Below are positions 51,603 to 61,798 of a stretch of DNA of 64,000 nucleotides, in pieces; the stretch's first letter is position 1; the number at the start of each line of letters is the position of its first letter. This DNA is from Nitrosopumilus sp. (GTDB lineage Archaea > Thermoproteota > Nitrososphaeria > Nitrososphaerales > Nitrosopumilaceae), in assembly GCA_965218785.1 (NCBI GenBank), contig OZ244650.1, positions 1,664,001 through 1,728,000 on the forward strand, read 5' to 3'. The notes under the pieces are model-generated. The model was not told the origin of the DNA and made no database searches. It saw only the letters and a list, made by a program, of their open reading frames with translations. Position numbers and translations under genes: made by a program.

Positions 51603-52441
51603 TTGGATTTGATGTGTACCTTTCTCCAGCGAACCTCTAGTTTGTTTTCTAGATGCATCTTCATTGCTTTGAGCAATGTGTCTGCTTCTAGTCTTTGCCC
51701 CTTTGTCTTGATTTTTTCTAGCGTATCATTTGGATCTACTTTAAATGAATCTTGGAATATGATAGGTCCTTGATCCAGACTCTCTGTAACGTAGTGTGCA
51801 GTGACTCCCACAATCTTTGTTCCTCTTTCGTAAGCTTGTGCATATGCCAGTGCTCCAGGGAATGCAGGCAGTATTGATGGATGGATGTTGATAATTCTAT
51901 TCGGATATCTCCAAACAAAGTTGGGGCTGAGAATCCTCATGTATCTTCCAAGCGATATCAAATCGATCTTGTATTTTTTACATATTTCAATGATTTTCTT
52001 TTCTGCTTTTTGTTGATCCTTTTCCTTTACTGTGACAAATGGAATCTTTGCTTTCTTTGCAAGTGGTGCAAGTGTGTTTTCCGTACCAACTATTACTGAA
52101 ATTTTTCCTTTGAGCAATTTTACATTACCAAGAACTTTTTTAAGACAAAGTGGTTCCTTTGTTACAAATACGGCGATATTTTTTTGCAAATTTGTTTCAT
52201 AATGTGTGCTTGCATCCATTTTTTCTTTTTTAGCTAGATTTTGTATTTCTGCATCAAATCTCTTCATATCGACCTTTTTTGAAAAAGATACTTTTAGATA
52301 CATTCCAAAAAGTCCCTTGATTACATTTTGATTTACTTTCTCAATATTTCCACCTTTTGAGAATGCAAAATTTGTAAATGTGGCTACTATTCCTTCTCTA
52401 TCTTTTCCAACTATTGTGATTCCCACTACGGTCTTTTTCAT
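51599..52441 (-). CDS. purU: formyltetrahydrofolate deformylase
   Basis: N-terminal ACT domain, RYMRIL, INIHPSILPAFPG and LDQGPII motifs. Confidence 0.9.
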   Translation of the reverse strand: MKKTVVGITIVGKDREGIVATFTNFAFSKGGNIEKVNQNVIKGLFGMYLKVSFSKKVDMKRFDAEIQNLAKKEKMDASTHYETNLQKNIAVFVTKEPLCLKKVLGNVKLLKGKISVIVGTENTLAPLAKKAKIPFVTVKEKDQQKAEKKIIEICKKYKIDLISLGRYMRILSPNFVWRYPNRIINIHPSILPAFPGALAYAQAYERGTKIVGVTAHYVTESLDQGPIIFQDSFKVDPNDTLEKIKTKGQRLEADTLLKAMKMHLENKLEVRWRKVHIKSK

Positions 52442-52492
52442 GACTTTTTGTTGTGAATTTTCTCATTATTAATCATTCACAGAAATGAAAGG

Positions 52493-52513
52493 GGTGCGGG
52501 AGATGGGATTTGA
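52493..52513 (-). mobile_element. tRNA 3'-end fragment, putative att site / island boundary
   Basis: Reverse complement TCAAATCCCATCTCCCGCACC corresponds to a T-loop half, T-stem and acceptor 3' strand; the rest of the tRNA is absent. Confidence 0.7.
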
Positions 52514-52963
52514 GATTTACATGTAGGGAATTATGGCTATTTTCCCCGTCATTTGTATTTGCATATTATAACTAGTATTGTATGGCATGCCTGGTTTTTA
52601 TCTATTACCCTTGTTCATTGGCAGATTTATGGTTTTCTTGGGGGGAGGAGGAGATCTGCAACTCTGGGATTTGATGGGTGCATGGACCGGTGAACAATGC
52701 CTTTTTCAAAGTCGATTTAATATGGATTGGTCAAATAAATGCAAAGAATTTAAATCAGTAAATCCTATTATCGGCATGTTGAATTACAGTCAGGTTATGA
52801 CTCAAATCTGCAGAAGGAGGACATGAGATGGTTTTTCCTTGCAAAGAAGACAAGAGCATATGCATTCAATCCAAGATCTCAGATCAAAGCGGGGGAAATA
52901 TGGCATTTGATGAATATGATTTTTTAACTGACTTTATGAGGACTGGGGGGGTTTGGACATAGT

Positions 52964-53239
52964 ATGAGTGTGTTAACCGGTGTTCTCAAAGTACAGTGTA
53001 CTGATGAAATTAAGGAGGACATTAGAAACAGTGGAAAAGCTGCATGTGTTTTGCTGATGGATGAAATCAAAAATCTGGATAATGTTGTAGATGTCTGGGC
53101 GCCCAAAGACAGACGGTTTGACATTGTTGTGGAGATAGACGCAACTGTGCAATCCCGTGTTAAAGAATTAATTTCAAATATTGAGAAATTACAGGGAGTT
53201 TTTAAAATCACACCGGACATCTCAATTGATGTAAAATAG
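52964..53239 (+). CDS. small Lrp/AsnC ligand-binding (RAM/ACT)-like protein
   Basis: FDIVVEI...IEKLQGV..T pattern. Confidence 0.5.
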   Translation: MSVLTGVLKVQCTDEIKEDIRNSGKAACVLLMDEIKNLDNVVDVWAPKDRRFDIVVEIDATVQSRVKELISNIEKLQGVFKITPDISIDVK

Positions 53240-53249
53240 CGAGAAAACC

Positions 53250-53705
53250 ATGACAGGCAGCAAGAGCAGGGTGTTAATGACGATACAAATTAAGAAAAAA
53301 TATCTGCCAGAGTTAAAGAGATCACTAAATGGAATTGCCGGGTTTAAAGGTGCATATCCGTTAACGGATGCACAAAATGTAGAAGATAACGTAGAGATGC
53401 AAGTGGTATTTACCAAGATAAACTCCAAATCCCATGTATACCTGGAAAGTTTCCTTAGGAGGCGAAAAGCAAAAATCGTTGACAATATGAAAGAAAATAA
53501 CGGAATAATTAATCCTGAATCCAAAAAGGCATTAAGAAACAGCATGCTTGCATTTTCACTTACGTTTGTTTCAACTATTTTCAGTGTAAATATTATATCT
53601 CCACAATTTGAGCTGACAGTTACTTTTTACGAAAGTTTGGCATACGGTGTTGGTCCTAGTTTAGGTGCATTTCTAGCCAATCTTATAATTCATTACAAAA
53701 CCTAG
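53250..53705 (+). CDS. hypothetical protein with two C-terminal TM segments
   Basis: 151-aa ORF, 10 bp after the preceding gene. Confidence 0.65.
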   Translation: MTGSKSRVLMTIQIKKKYLPELKRSLNGIAGFKGAYPLTDAQNVEDNVEMQVVFTKINSKSHVYLESFLRRRKAKIVDNMKENNGIINPESKKALRNSMLAFSLTFVSTIFSVNIISPQFELTVTFYESLAYGVGPSLGAFLANLIIHYKT

Positions 53706-54061
53706 CATGTTACACTGCCTGAAATTATTGAGTCTTAACGTAAACCCTTCCCTTTCGCTCCAAATCCCAAAGACTGGGTCTTGCTTTTGACACCACGTCA
53801 ACGTTTCATTTCCTTTTGCCCTCAAAATACGCCTATCATATCCTATAATATGCCGGGAAAAAAATTACAAAAAATACAGATACTGTCAAAATCGTTATGC
53901 GCCAAGCCGTGAACGTATAATTGTCAACAGTAGATTGCATTTCATAAATAAGTTTAAGGATCCCAGTTCTGTCCAATGATCGAGATCTGAAATCATGATC
54001 TTCTCCAGATTGAAAATCCTGCGGATTTTGGTTCGTTCCGATATAGAATTTTTTTCCACTA

Positions 54062-54190
54062 TATAGTGACAATCACAAGTTTGTGAATTATTTTCAAGAC
54101 ATTCCAGTTGGTTATTATGTTTGCCTTGGTAAAATCATCTAATCTTTATTTTTGAATGATTTAGTTCAAAAACATTTGCGTGTCACTGTA
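54062..54190. mobile_element. MITE copy 1 (TA-flanked, IS630/Tc1-like ends)
   Basis: TA|TAGTGACA...TGTCACTG|TA; imperfect ~29-bp TIRs (22/29); second copy at 59552-59680. Confidence 0.75.
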
Positions 54191-54194
54191 ATTG

Positions 54195-54402
54195 AACATA
54201 TTATCAAAATTATTTTTGCATTTTTTGTATCAAATTCTGCCATGTTCATTCACGATTCCTATTGACCCATTTTCATTGATCAAATCTTCTTTTTCTGATA
54301 TTGCTGTGCAAACGAATTTACCATGCCAGAAAATGGCAGAATCATCGCAACAGTCAAAGATGCAAACAATGCTGTTTTTGTCATTTTTTTGATGTCATAC
54401 AT
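54195..54402 (-). pseudogene. decayed paralogue of the 57164-58144 secreted protein (N-terminus only)
   Basis: MYDIKKMTKTALFASLTVAMILPFSGMVNSFAQQ, then a frameshift to EKEDLINENGSIGIVNEH; matches KTILFASLIAAMILPFSSMGNSFAQQ..GIVNEQ. Confidence 0.8.
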
Positions 54403-54534
54403 GTTCCTACCATGCCTACACCCTTCATTATACAACAAGATTCATTTCAAAATGGAGTGCCTTTTCTGAGATCTTTTATATCTGTCGCCTGCCGATACCG
54501 AGCATTTTATTATTTACTGTAACACAAGGTATCT

Positions 54535-55809
54535 GTGGCAAACTTTCGCATCAAGATACTCGTACTGGTAACATGTCAGATAGCCCTGATTGGCACAAGT
54601 TTTCTGGTACTCGTATACTTTGAATCTCAGACATATCATGCGGGAAACGTGGTAAACGTGGCAGGAAAGAACCGCCTCCTAACAAACCAGGTGCAGACTG
54701 AGCTTGACTATGTGATGTTTCATGCAGACCGCGGTATCGATCCGGAAAGGGTATTTCATGCATTAAATAATCTGGAGGAGAACATACTATTTCTCAGGGA
54801 CGGCGGGACGTTTCTTGGGATCAAGATAGAGTCGATTCTCCCCACGTTTGCAGATGAATGGCAGCAAATCCATGAGAAATTCGAATATTACAAGAGTTAC
54901 GTATACGTGATTACATACGTACCAAATAATGTGGAATTTGACAGCAAAGTAATGGGCACATTGCGCGAGGTTGGAGACGAGATTATACTGCGCTCTGACG
55001 CACTTACATCAAAGCTGGGCCATGATGCCGAGAAACACTCTACAGATCTTGTGTTTTTGCAGTTGATTCTTGGTACAGTCAACATTATATCACACATAGT
55101 CATGATATATCTGATACTTTACATCTTTAAAAGACACGCAGACGAATCCGTAAAAACAGAGAGATTCGCTGCCATGGGGGAGATTGCCGCGATGGTCGCA
55201 CATGACATAAAAAACCCGCTTGGAACCATACTCAACTGCACCTACATAATCCGCAATCCCAAAACAGACAAAAAGACGCTGGATAAGGCAACTGACATGA
55301 TAAGCCGCTCGACTATGCGCATATCGCACCAGGTAGACGGCGTCCTGCACTATGCGCGGGACGTGCCCCTTTTTCTGGCTGAGCGCCCTGTACGGGAGAT
55401 GCTGCAACGTGCGCTGGAATCCCTGCAGATACCTGAGAATCTCAACGTGCACCTTCCCGACAACGACACGGTCATGGTGTGCGACGTCCACAAAATGGAA
55501 TTCGTGTTTGCAAACCTGTTGCTAAACGCGGTGCAGGCAATAGATGGAAAAGACGGCAGCGTTACAGTCCGACTGGATGCCACATCTGAAACTGATTTTA
55601 TAAAGCTGGATTTTGAGAACACCGGACCGCCGATACCTGAAAAAGACATCTCCCAGATATTTGAGCCGCTATACACTACAAAGATGCAGGGTACGGGTCT
55701 CGGGCTTACCAGCTGTAAAAAGGTGGTTCTTCGCCACGGGGGCCGGATCACGGTGCGCAACAACCCTGTCACATTTTCCATAGACATGCCAAGGAAGTCT
55801 GGGCGATGA
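54535..55809 (+). CDS. sensor histidine kinase with NarX/PilJ-like extracellular domain
   Basis: Two TM segments; VNVAGKNRLL; H-box AHDIKNPL; N-box NLLLNAVQA; FEPLYTTK and GTGLGL. Confidence 0.92.
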   Translation: MANFRIKILVLVTCQIALIGTSFLVLVYFESQTYHAGNVVNVAGKNRLLTNQVQTELDYVMFHADRGIDPERVFHALNNLEENILFLRDGGTFLGIKIESILPTFADEWQQIHEKFEYYKSYVYVITYVPNNVEFDSKVMGTLREVGDEIILRSDALTSKLGHDAEKHSTDLVFLQLILGTVNIISHIVMIYLILYIFKRHADESVKTERFAAMGEIAAMVAHDIKNPLGTILNCTYIIRNPKTDKKTLDKATDMISRSTMRISHQVDGVLHYARDVPLFLAERPVREMLQRALESLQIPENLNVHLPDNDTVMVCDVHKMEFVFANLLLNAVQAIDGKDGSVTVRLDATSETDFIKLDFENTGPPIPEKDISQIFEPLYTTKMQGTGLGLTSCKKVVLRHGGRITVRNNPVTFSIDMPRKSGR

Positions 55810-56177
55810 CTGCATCAGGCAAGAAGATAATGGTAGTTGATGACGATTATGACTTTTTAGAATCGATACGGGTCATGCTGGCATACGAGGAGTACAAGGT
55901 GATTCCCGCATCCGGAGGTGCCGAGGCTGTGGCACAATACACAAAGTTCAAGCCGGATATAGTATTTTTGGACATAAAGATGCCCGGGGTCAACGGATAC
56001 GAAGTCTTTATGCTGATAAAAAAACATGACCGTAAAGCAAAGATAGTATTTACCTCAAGCTATGTGCTAGATGACGAGAAATACAAGGCCGCAAAGGCCA
56101 AGTCACTTTCAGGCATCCTCAACAAGCCGATAGTTCTTGAGGACCTAAAAGGCATGATAAGAAAGCATGCGAAATAG
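55806..56177 (+). CDS. single-domain response regulator
   Basis: VVDDD, FLDIKMPG and NKP motifs; overlaps the kinase stop. Confidence 0.94.
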   Translation: MTASGKKIMVVDDDYDFLESIRVMLAYEEYKVIPASGGAEAVAQYTKFKPDIVFLDIKMPGVNGYEVFMLIKKHDRKAKIVFTSSYVLDDEKYKAAKAKSLSGILNKPIVLEDLKGMIRKHAK

Positions 56178-56178
56178 T

Positions 56179-56979
56179 TTAGATGTTTACCCTGTTTATG
56201 CGGTGAAACCTCTCTGAATAATGTCTTTTGGCATCTCTGACAAAACCCTTGTACCAGCGCCTCAGATTTGCATCCTCCTCCAATACTTTTTTCAGCTTTG
56301 CGTCCCCCCGGTACAGCAAAAAGGTATAGAACCAGTAGGATATCTGCTCTGCCAGGTCCTGCTCGGGTATGGACTCAAAGTTTTTTCTGTACTTTATGCG
56401 AAGAAAGGACATTAGGTCGTATATCGGATTCTCAGTTTGTGGCAGTGATTTGTCCAGCAGCATTCCCTGAGCCAGAATCCTCAGATTGTAGGCATCTTTT
56501 CCAAGGGTTGATTTCAGACGGGTCCACCTGCCAAATATTCTCGGAAGCAGATGCGAATATTTTACGGTCATCTTGTCGATGTCTGTCCGGGATGGCTCTA
56601 GTACCTCAAGACAGTACAGTATGCCATACAGGGAGAGCCGGTACCGGTTATAGTTTTTCTTGCGTGGAGATCTGCCGTCATATACCACCAGACCTATCTC
56701 CAACATGCCCCCCGTATACTTGTCACTATCAGTCCTGCCGACTAGGATTCGCCTGTATGTCTTTTCACGTTCCCTTATGGCCGGGGTGTCCTTGCGAAAC
56801 TCTGTCTTTGCCATCTCCCACGTCGTGCATGTGCCGTGCACAAGCAGGATTTTCAGGAGCTTGTGCACGTTTTGATGGTGTTTTAGCGCGGGCTTTGCAA
56901 AGCTGCCATACATGCTGTGTGCAGCAGGCCTGATATAGTCCCTGTATGAGGCCAGATTTCCCTGTGTCGGTTCGGGCAT
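56179..56979 (-). CDS. hypothetical protein with winged-helix-like N-terminus (putative regulator)
   Basis: LLKIL..GTCTTWEMAK...YRLSLYGILYCL; convergent with the two-component pair. Confidence 0.7.
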   Translation of the reverse strand: MPEPTQGNLASYRDYIRPAAHSMYGSFAKPALKHHQNVHKLLKILLVHGTCTTWEMAKTEFRKDTPAIREREKTYRRILVGRTDSDKYTGGMLEIGLVVYDGRSPRKKNYNRYRLSLYGILYCLEVLEPSRTDIDKMTVKYSHLLPRIFGRWTRLKSTLGKDAYNLRILAQGMLLDKSLPQTENPIYDLMSFLRIKYRKNFESIPEQDLAEQISYWFYTFLLYRGDAKLKKVLEEDANLRRWYKGFVRDAKRHYSERFHRINRVNI

Positions 56980-57163
56980 GATTCAATTATTAAAATTTAT
57001 TATATAACAATGTCTCTGCCTTTAGATTGGGTTGGTGATGTGCAGTGCTGCAATTCTGTTAAATTTTAGATATTGCAAATTTTCCATGATTTTAGGCACA
57101 AAGGCATACCGTAAGTTCATATCAATACTTAAATAATGAAAGTGTGTAGGGTATATCAATAAC

Positions 57164-58144
57164 ATGTCTAACAAAATTCAAAAGAGAAAAAATGATGCAA
57201 AAACAATACTGTTTGCATCTTTGATTGCTGCAATGATTCTTCCCTTTTCTAGCATGGGGAATTCATTTGCACAGCAAACACCTGGAGAAGAAGATGGAGT
57301 CAATGGAAATGGACCAGTTGGAATCGTGAATGAACAATATGTAGAATTGTTGAAACAACAAGAGACATATGTGGAAATGAATGATGCTGAAAAAGAATTG
57401 TACGAAAGTGCAATATTAAATTCAATGTACACGGCATCACCATATCAAAAAGAAGTATACAAACTTCTAGATAAACTCAGTGGGACAATTCTAGATATTC
57501 AAAAGGCAGAAAGTAATGATCAAAACATTACAGAACTACTTGAAGAACAACATGCAATAATCTTCGATCTTGAGATGTACGGTGTAACAACACAGGATAG
57601 ATTGGAACAAAATATGGCATATTGGGCAAATAAGGCACAAGAAGCAAAAGAAAAAATCGAGAATGATGAGCCCATAAAAGCATCATTTAAGAAATATCTT
57701 GGTTCTTCTACAATACATCAGATACATACGGCTGACGTAAGTATCAAAAATGAGGCACAGATTAATTTCCCCTGTCTTCCATACAATCTCAACATTATAA
57801 GATGTTGGGTAATGGACACAAAATGGGGTGGAGGATCTTATGCATCTGTGAGCCAATTTATTCCGATTAGCGGTATAGCAGACATGATCGGCAAGATATT
57901 TCTCAGTAATTCTGGAGGTCATGAAACAGTGACTGCGATTCACACTACGCAACACAAAGTCATATCTCTTGCAGACAGAGTGGTGTTTTCACGTACACAT
58001 GGACCTACAGAATATGAACTGATCGGAAACCTTCCTTGGCCTTTTGTAGCATATGAGGAAGAACTTGAAAATAGATCGGTTTTTACTGGCTCTACTGTAA
58101 TCGCAACATCTCAGTTGGGAACAACTGTAACTGTATCGAATTAA
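57164..58144 (+). CDS. secreted protein with KTILFASLIAAMILPFS signal peptide
   Basis: Signal peptide, helical N-terminal half, beta-rich C-terminal half. Confidence 0.82.
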   Translation: MSNKIQKRKNDAKTILFASLIAAMILPFSSMGNSFAQQTPGEEDGVNGNGPVGIVNEQYVELLKQQETYVEMNDAEKELYESAILNSMYTASPYQKEVYKLLDKLSGTILDIQKAESNDQNITELLEEQHAIIFDLEMYGVTTQDRLEQNMAYWANKAQEAKEKIENDEPIKASFKKYLGSSTIHQIHTADVSIKNEAQINFPCLPYNLNIIRCWVMDTKWGGGSYASVSQFIPISGIADMIGKIFLSNSGGHETVTAIHTTQHKVISLADRVVFSRTHGPTEYELIGNLPWPFVAYEEELENRSVFTGSTVIATSQLGTTVTVSN

Positions 58145-58149
58145 CGGTA

Positions 58150-58779
58150 ATGGTTACTTCCTCTTTTTTTTTAATACCTTTGATCATGATGCTTGTCTTC
58201 ATTACTTTTGACGCATATGGTACGGAGGACGTTCCAAGTTATAGTGTAATTTCGCCAGGTGACACCGTTGAGCAGTTTTTTAATCCTAATGGACAGCAGT
58301 CAAATGTAACCTCTATCCCACATGATATTCAAGACAGGATCAATATCATAAATGCCATTAATGGAATAATTGATCTTGTTGAAGAAATTCAAGATGTGCA
58401 AATTGAGTTTGCACTGAAAAGTGTGCTAGAACAGGCAAAACCGCGCATGGCTCAGATCGGCATACTGCTAGAACGTAACCTAGACAACGGTCAATACCGC
58501 ATCAGATCCGAACTGCCTGACGCACAATGGCAGTATGTTACTACCGAACGGTATGGATTAGTGATATTGAATGACGAACAGGAAATAGACACGTATCTGA
58601 AGGAGAGGACATCCTGTGAGGAAAGCGGAATACATCAGTACGATATCATAACTGGGGAGTGCAATCTGCGATGGGGATCCATGCAATTGGCCTTCCTTCT
58701 TTCCCTGTTTGTAGGCGTGGCAGAATTTGCCGTAATTGTAATCCTCGTCATCTACATAGTGATGAAAAGAAGGCTTTGA
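58150..58779 (+). CDS. membrane-anchored hypothetical protein
   Basis: Signal peptide and C-terminal TM with basic tail. Confidence 0.75.
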   Translation: MVTSSFFLIPLIMMLVFITFDAYGTEDVPSYSVISPGDTVEQFFNPNGQQSNVTSIPHDIQDRINIINAINGIIDLVEEIQDVQIEFALKSVLEQAKPRMAQIGILLERNLDNGQYRIRSELPDAQWQYVTTERYGLVILNDEQEIDTYLKERTSCEESGIHQYDIITGECNLRWGSMQLAFLLSLFVGVAEFAVIVILVIYIVMKRRL

Positions 58780-58853
58780 CAAATTCAGAGTGGCACTACA
58801 CCACACAGTTTCGAGTAACCAGCATCACATAAACATCCTTTTCTTTTTTTATA

Positions 58854-59429
58854 ATGTCTCTAAAATTCTTTATACTTGGATGCGGAATATTTTTGCTGGT
58901 TTTGGGAGCCGTCTTTTCTTTTATAGAACATGCCCCCATCTCCACTGTCCATGCCTTCACATATGGATGCGTCTTAAAGACTCCCGATTTCCTAGTCTCG
59001 CATGGTAAATCTTATTGGACTGAAGAGGTGTGTTACTATCACGGATCACTTTCTGTAGTCATATCATGTATTGTGGGCGCAGGTGCGTTTTTGACGTTTA
59101 GTGGATTAAAAAACATCCGTTCAGATAGGCGGATTACCATGCGTACTTTTGTAATTCCTGCAATCTTTGGTGTTATCATACTAATAATGATATTTGCAGT
59201 ACTGTCTCCTATTGCAAGCTGTAGGGCTTCTGATTCTTGGTGCATATATGATGACACACCATACCCCTCAAAACTGCCTCTGGAAATATTTGAAGAATTT
59301 TTCCTGCACAAATACGACAAGGGTGAGATTACGATTGCATATATGAAAGATAATCTAGAGGCAGAAGGATACAGTTCCTCGGAGATAGAAGAATTTCTTG
59401 CAGAACGTATTCTGTTAGACCGGCCCTAA
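58854..59429 (+). CDS. 3-TM membrane hypothetical protein
   Basis: Three hydrophobic segments with paired Cys in loops. Confidence 0.72.
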   Translation: MSLKFFILGCGIFLLVLGAVFSFIEHAPISTVHAFTYGCVLKTPDFLVSHGKSYWTEEVCYYHGSLSVVISCIVGAGAFLTFSGLKNIRSDRRITMRTFVIPAIFGVIILIMIFAVLSPIASCRASDSWCIYDDTPYPSKLPLEIFEEFFLHKYDKGEITIAYMKDNLEAEGYSSSEIEEFLAERILLDRP

Positions 59430-59551
59430 CATTTCAAGTAGTTTTCTGTCGTATTCAACTAGGACAACAACGATTTAAAGGCGGTCTTTGTCAAAATGTC
59501 CGACGGGCATTTGAAGGTGATACTGATCAACGGGTTGTTCTATACAGGATA

Positions 59552-59680
59552 TATAGCGACAATCATAAGTTCTTGAGTTATTTTCAAGACATTCCAGTTG
59601 GTTATTATGTTTGCCTTGGTAAAATCATCTAATCTTTATTTTTGAATGATTTAGTTCAAAAACATTTGCGTGTCACTGTA
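59552..59680. mobile_element. MITE copy 2
   Basis: 105 bp identical to copy 1 plus 5 differences in the left TIR; flanks reconstruct the palindromic target AGGAT-ATA-ATCCT. Confidence 0.75.
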
Positions 59681-59906
59681 ATCCTCCCTCTGTCGATACC
59701 TGCATTCCTCTACCATTTCAAATAAGAATATTGATCTCGTTGTTTGGGATATGGGTGATGATGCTTTGTAGTTTCGAGTTGATAAAATTGATCTCAATAT
59801 TTGTGCGTCATTATAATTGGATTGACAAGGAATATCTGGAATGGATTACATGCAAGTCGACAGGCAAGCCTGCAATAAATAAATAAAAAAATGAATAAAA
59901 AAGATT

Positions 59907-60562
59907 TTAACTGAGTGGGGATGTCACGTCGAATGTGTATGTGATTTGTAGTGTCAGCATTTGCCAGGGTTACATCGTTGGTATCTACTACTGCAAATGC
60001 GACATTGCCTGTATTACTATTACAAAGCGCATAGTCAGCAGTAGCATTATTGCATATTGCTATTGACGCGATGGTTGAATCATCAGCAACGTCTGTACCT
60101 CCTGTAAATGTAGGAGGTCCTATTACTGCTTGGCTGGCTGTGTTTGGTACATCATCAGAAGATACTTTGCAGTTTCTTCCCCCCCGGAGAACCTGCACTC
60201 ATCTCTGTTGCCGTACTAGTCTCATCTAATCCTGTGCTAACACTAGTGACGCATATTGCACCCATTCTAACAGTGTCACCTACTGAGGCTGTTGCTGTGT
60301 CAAATGCCTGATTTAGCAGATAGGTCTCACCCTCATCTGTGATTAGGTTGTGAACCGTCTGTGAAATCAACGTGTTTCCACTGGCATCTTTTTGTACAAG
60401 ATCCAACATTCCATAGACAGATATCTGTCCGGTCTCGGTGGAATCTGCCGCTGCTCCTCCTCCAAAGATACTGCCAGGAATAACCATCATGGCAAATATC
60501 GCAAAGAGCCCAGTTGCAGAAAGCTTGTAGGCCAGTTTGTGACTTGTGTTTGAGTTAGTCAT
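59907..60562 (-). pseudogene. secreted beta-rich protein (phage-tail-like motifs) with two frameshifts
   Basis: ATG at 60562; HNLITDEGE; extra base in the C7/G7 run 60179-60185; a 2-nt loss near 59950 restores DTLQITYTFDVTSPLS*. Confidence 0.75.
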
Positions 60563-60576
60563 GTAGGTACGGAGAG

Positions 60577-61781
60577 TCTCCTGTCCAAAAAGTAGTTCAC
60601 CCCCCTCCCCATATGAGAAAAAATGGAGACATATTGGCAAAAGACGCATACGCGTCATGGTAAAACTAGACGAATTCAAAGTCCGATGGATAATAAATCA
60701 GAAGAGAAAGGGGCTGCTGTCAAACAGGGAGATTGCATCACAGTATGACATATCCATACGCTGGGTCCAGAAACTCTGGGTACGATACGGACGGATCAAA
60801 CCCGCAGCTATCTCACATCCCCTGTCTATGGGAAGACCAGTCTCAGGCCTTCCTGGCAGAAGAGAGCATTCTGCCACGATATGGGCACATCACATAAACG
60901 GAGCAGGTGCGGTAACCATACAGGAACAGATCAAAGAAAGGATCGGAATACACATACCACACAACACCATACACCATGTGTTAAGAAAGATGGGTCTTGC
61001 TGAATAAAGTCCGAGAAAATCAAGAAAGCGGGCATGGGTACGATACGAACGTGACTATTCAAACTCCATGTGGCATACAGACTATAAACAGCTAGATGAT
61101 GGCAGATGGTTCATTGCATACGAGGATGACGCATCCAGATTCATAACTGGATACGGTGTATTTGAGCGTGCAACCACACAAAATGCCTTGTCTGTACTGT
61201 ATAGGGCGATAAAAGATCACGGCAAGCCCGCATCCGTAATGACGGATCACGGCTCACAGTTTTATTCAAACGCGTCTGAGTACAAGAAAAAGGGGGCATC
61301 AGAGTTTGAGCAGGAGCTGGTACGTCTGGAAATACGGCACATACTTGCCAGTGTGGGGCATCCGCAGACAAACGGCAAGCTCGAACGGTTCCATGGCGAG
61401 CTGCAGCGTAAATTACATCTGTTTGAACCTGTCACAGACGACCCGCCATCACGTCCTCCCACGGGATATGTGGAGATAAAAGATGATCCCACAGACGGAG
61501 GAAGCGCGGTGAGAAGGTTTGTCCAATGTCATAACGAGATAAAGTATCACATGTCGCTTAATCCGCATGAGACTCCGGCACAGGCGTTCATACGAAAGAT
61601 GCCAGAACCGGGGGGGGGAGGAGGTTGTGGATTCCCAGACTGGTGAAAGGTATGCTGTGAAAAGAACTCAGAGTGGAAATACCAGTGTGTGGGTAGACGA
61701 GGAGGGGAAAAACTAATGAAAGCCAGTAAACAGAGAGATGACATGCGGGATTTGGGGGTGAACTACTTTTCGGATTCTACA
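60577..61781 (+). mobile_element. IS481-family insertion sequence with 15-bp flanking duplication
   Basis: TIR core TCC(A/G)AAAAGTAGTTCACCCCC at both ends; right end ...ACA; TGTAGGTACGGAGAG at 60562-60576 and 61782-61796. Confidence 0.88.
60657..61716 (+). pseudogene. IS481-type DDE transposase, inactivated
   Basis: HTH N-terminus; in-frame TAA at 61005-61007 before RYER...MWHTD; DDASR, TDHGSQF and HPQTNGKLERF motifs; G9 run at 61610-61618 shifts the C-terminus. Confidence 0.88.
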
Positions 61782-61798
61782 TGTAGGTACGGAGAGGG

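Noticed and set aside
52518-52527. TACATGTAGG shared with the IS481 right junction (61778-61787)
   Set aside because: 10-bp match built on a palindrome with no TIR core nearby; likely chance
52578-52826. 82-aa ORF after the att site
   Set aside because: No recognisable motif and a TTG start; probably spurious or decayed
53836-54072. 78-aa minus-strand ORF
   Set aside because: Its start lies inside MITE copy 1 and it has no motif; likely a remnant
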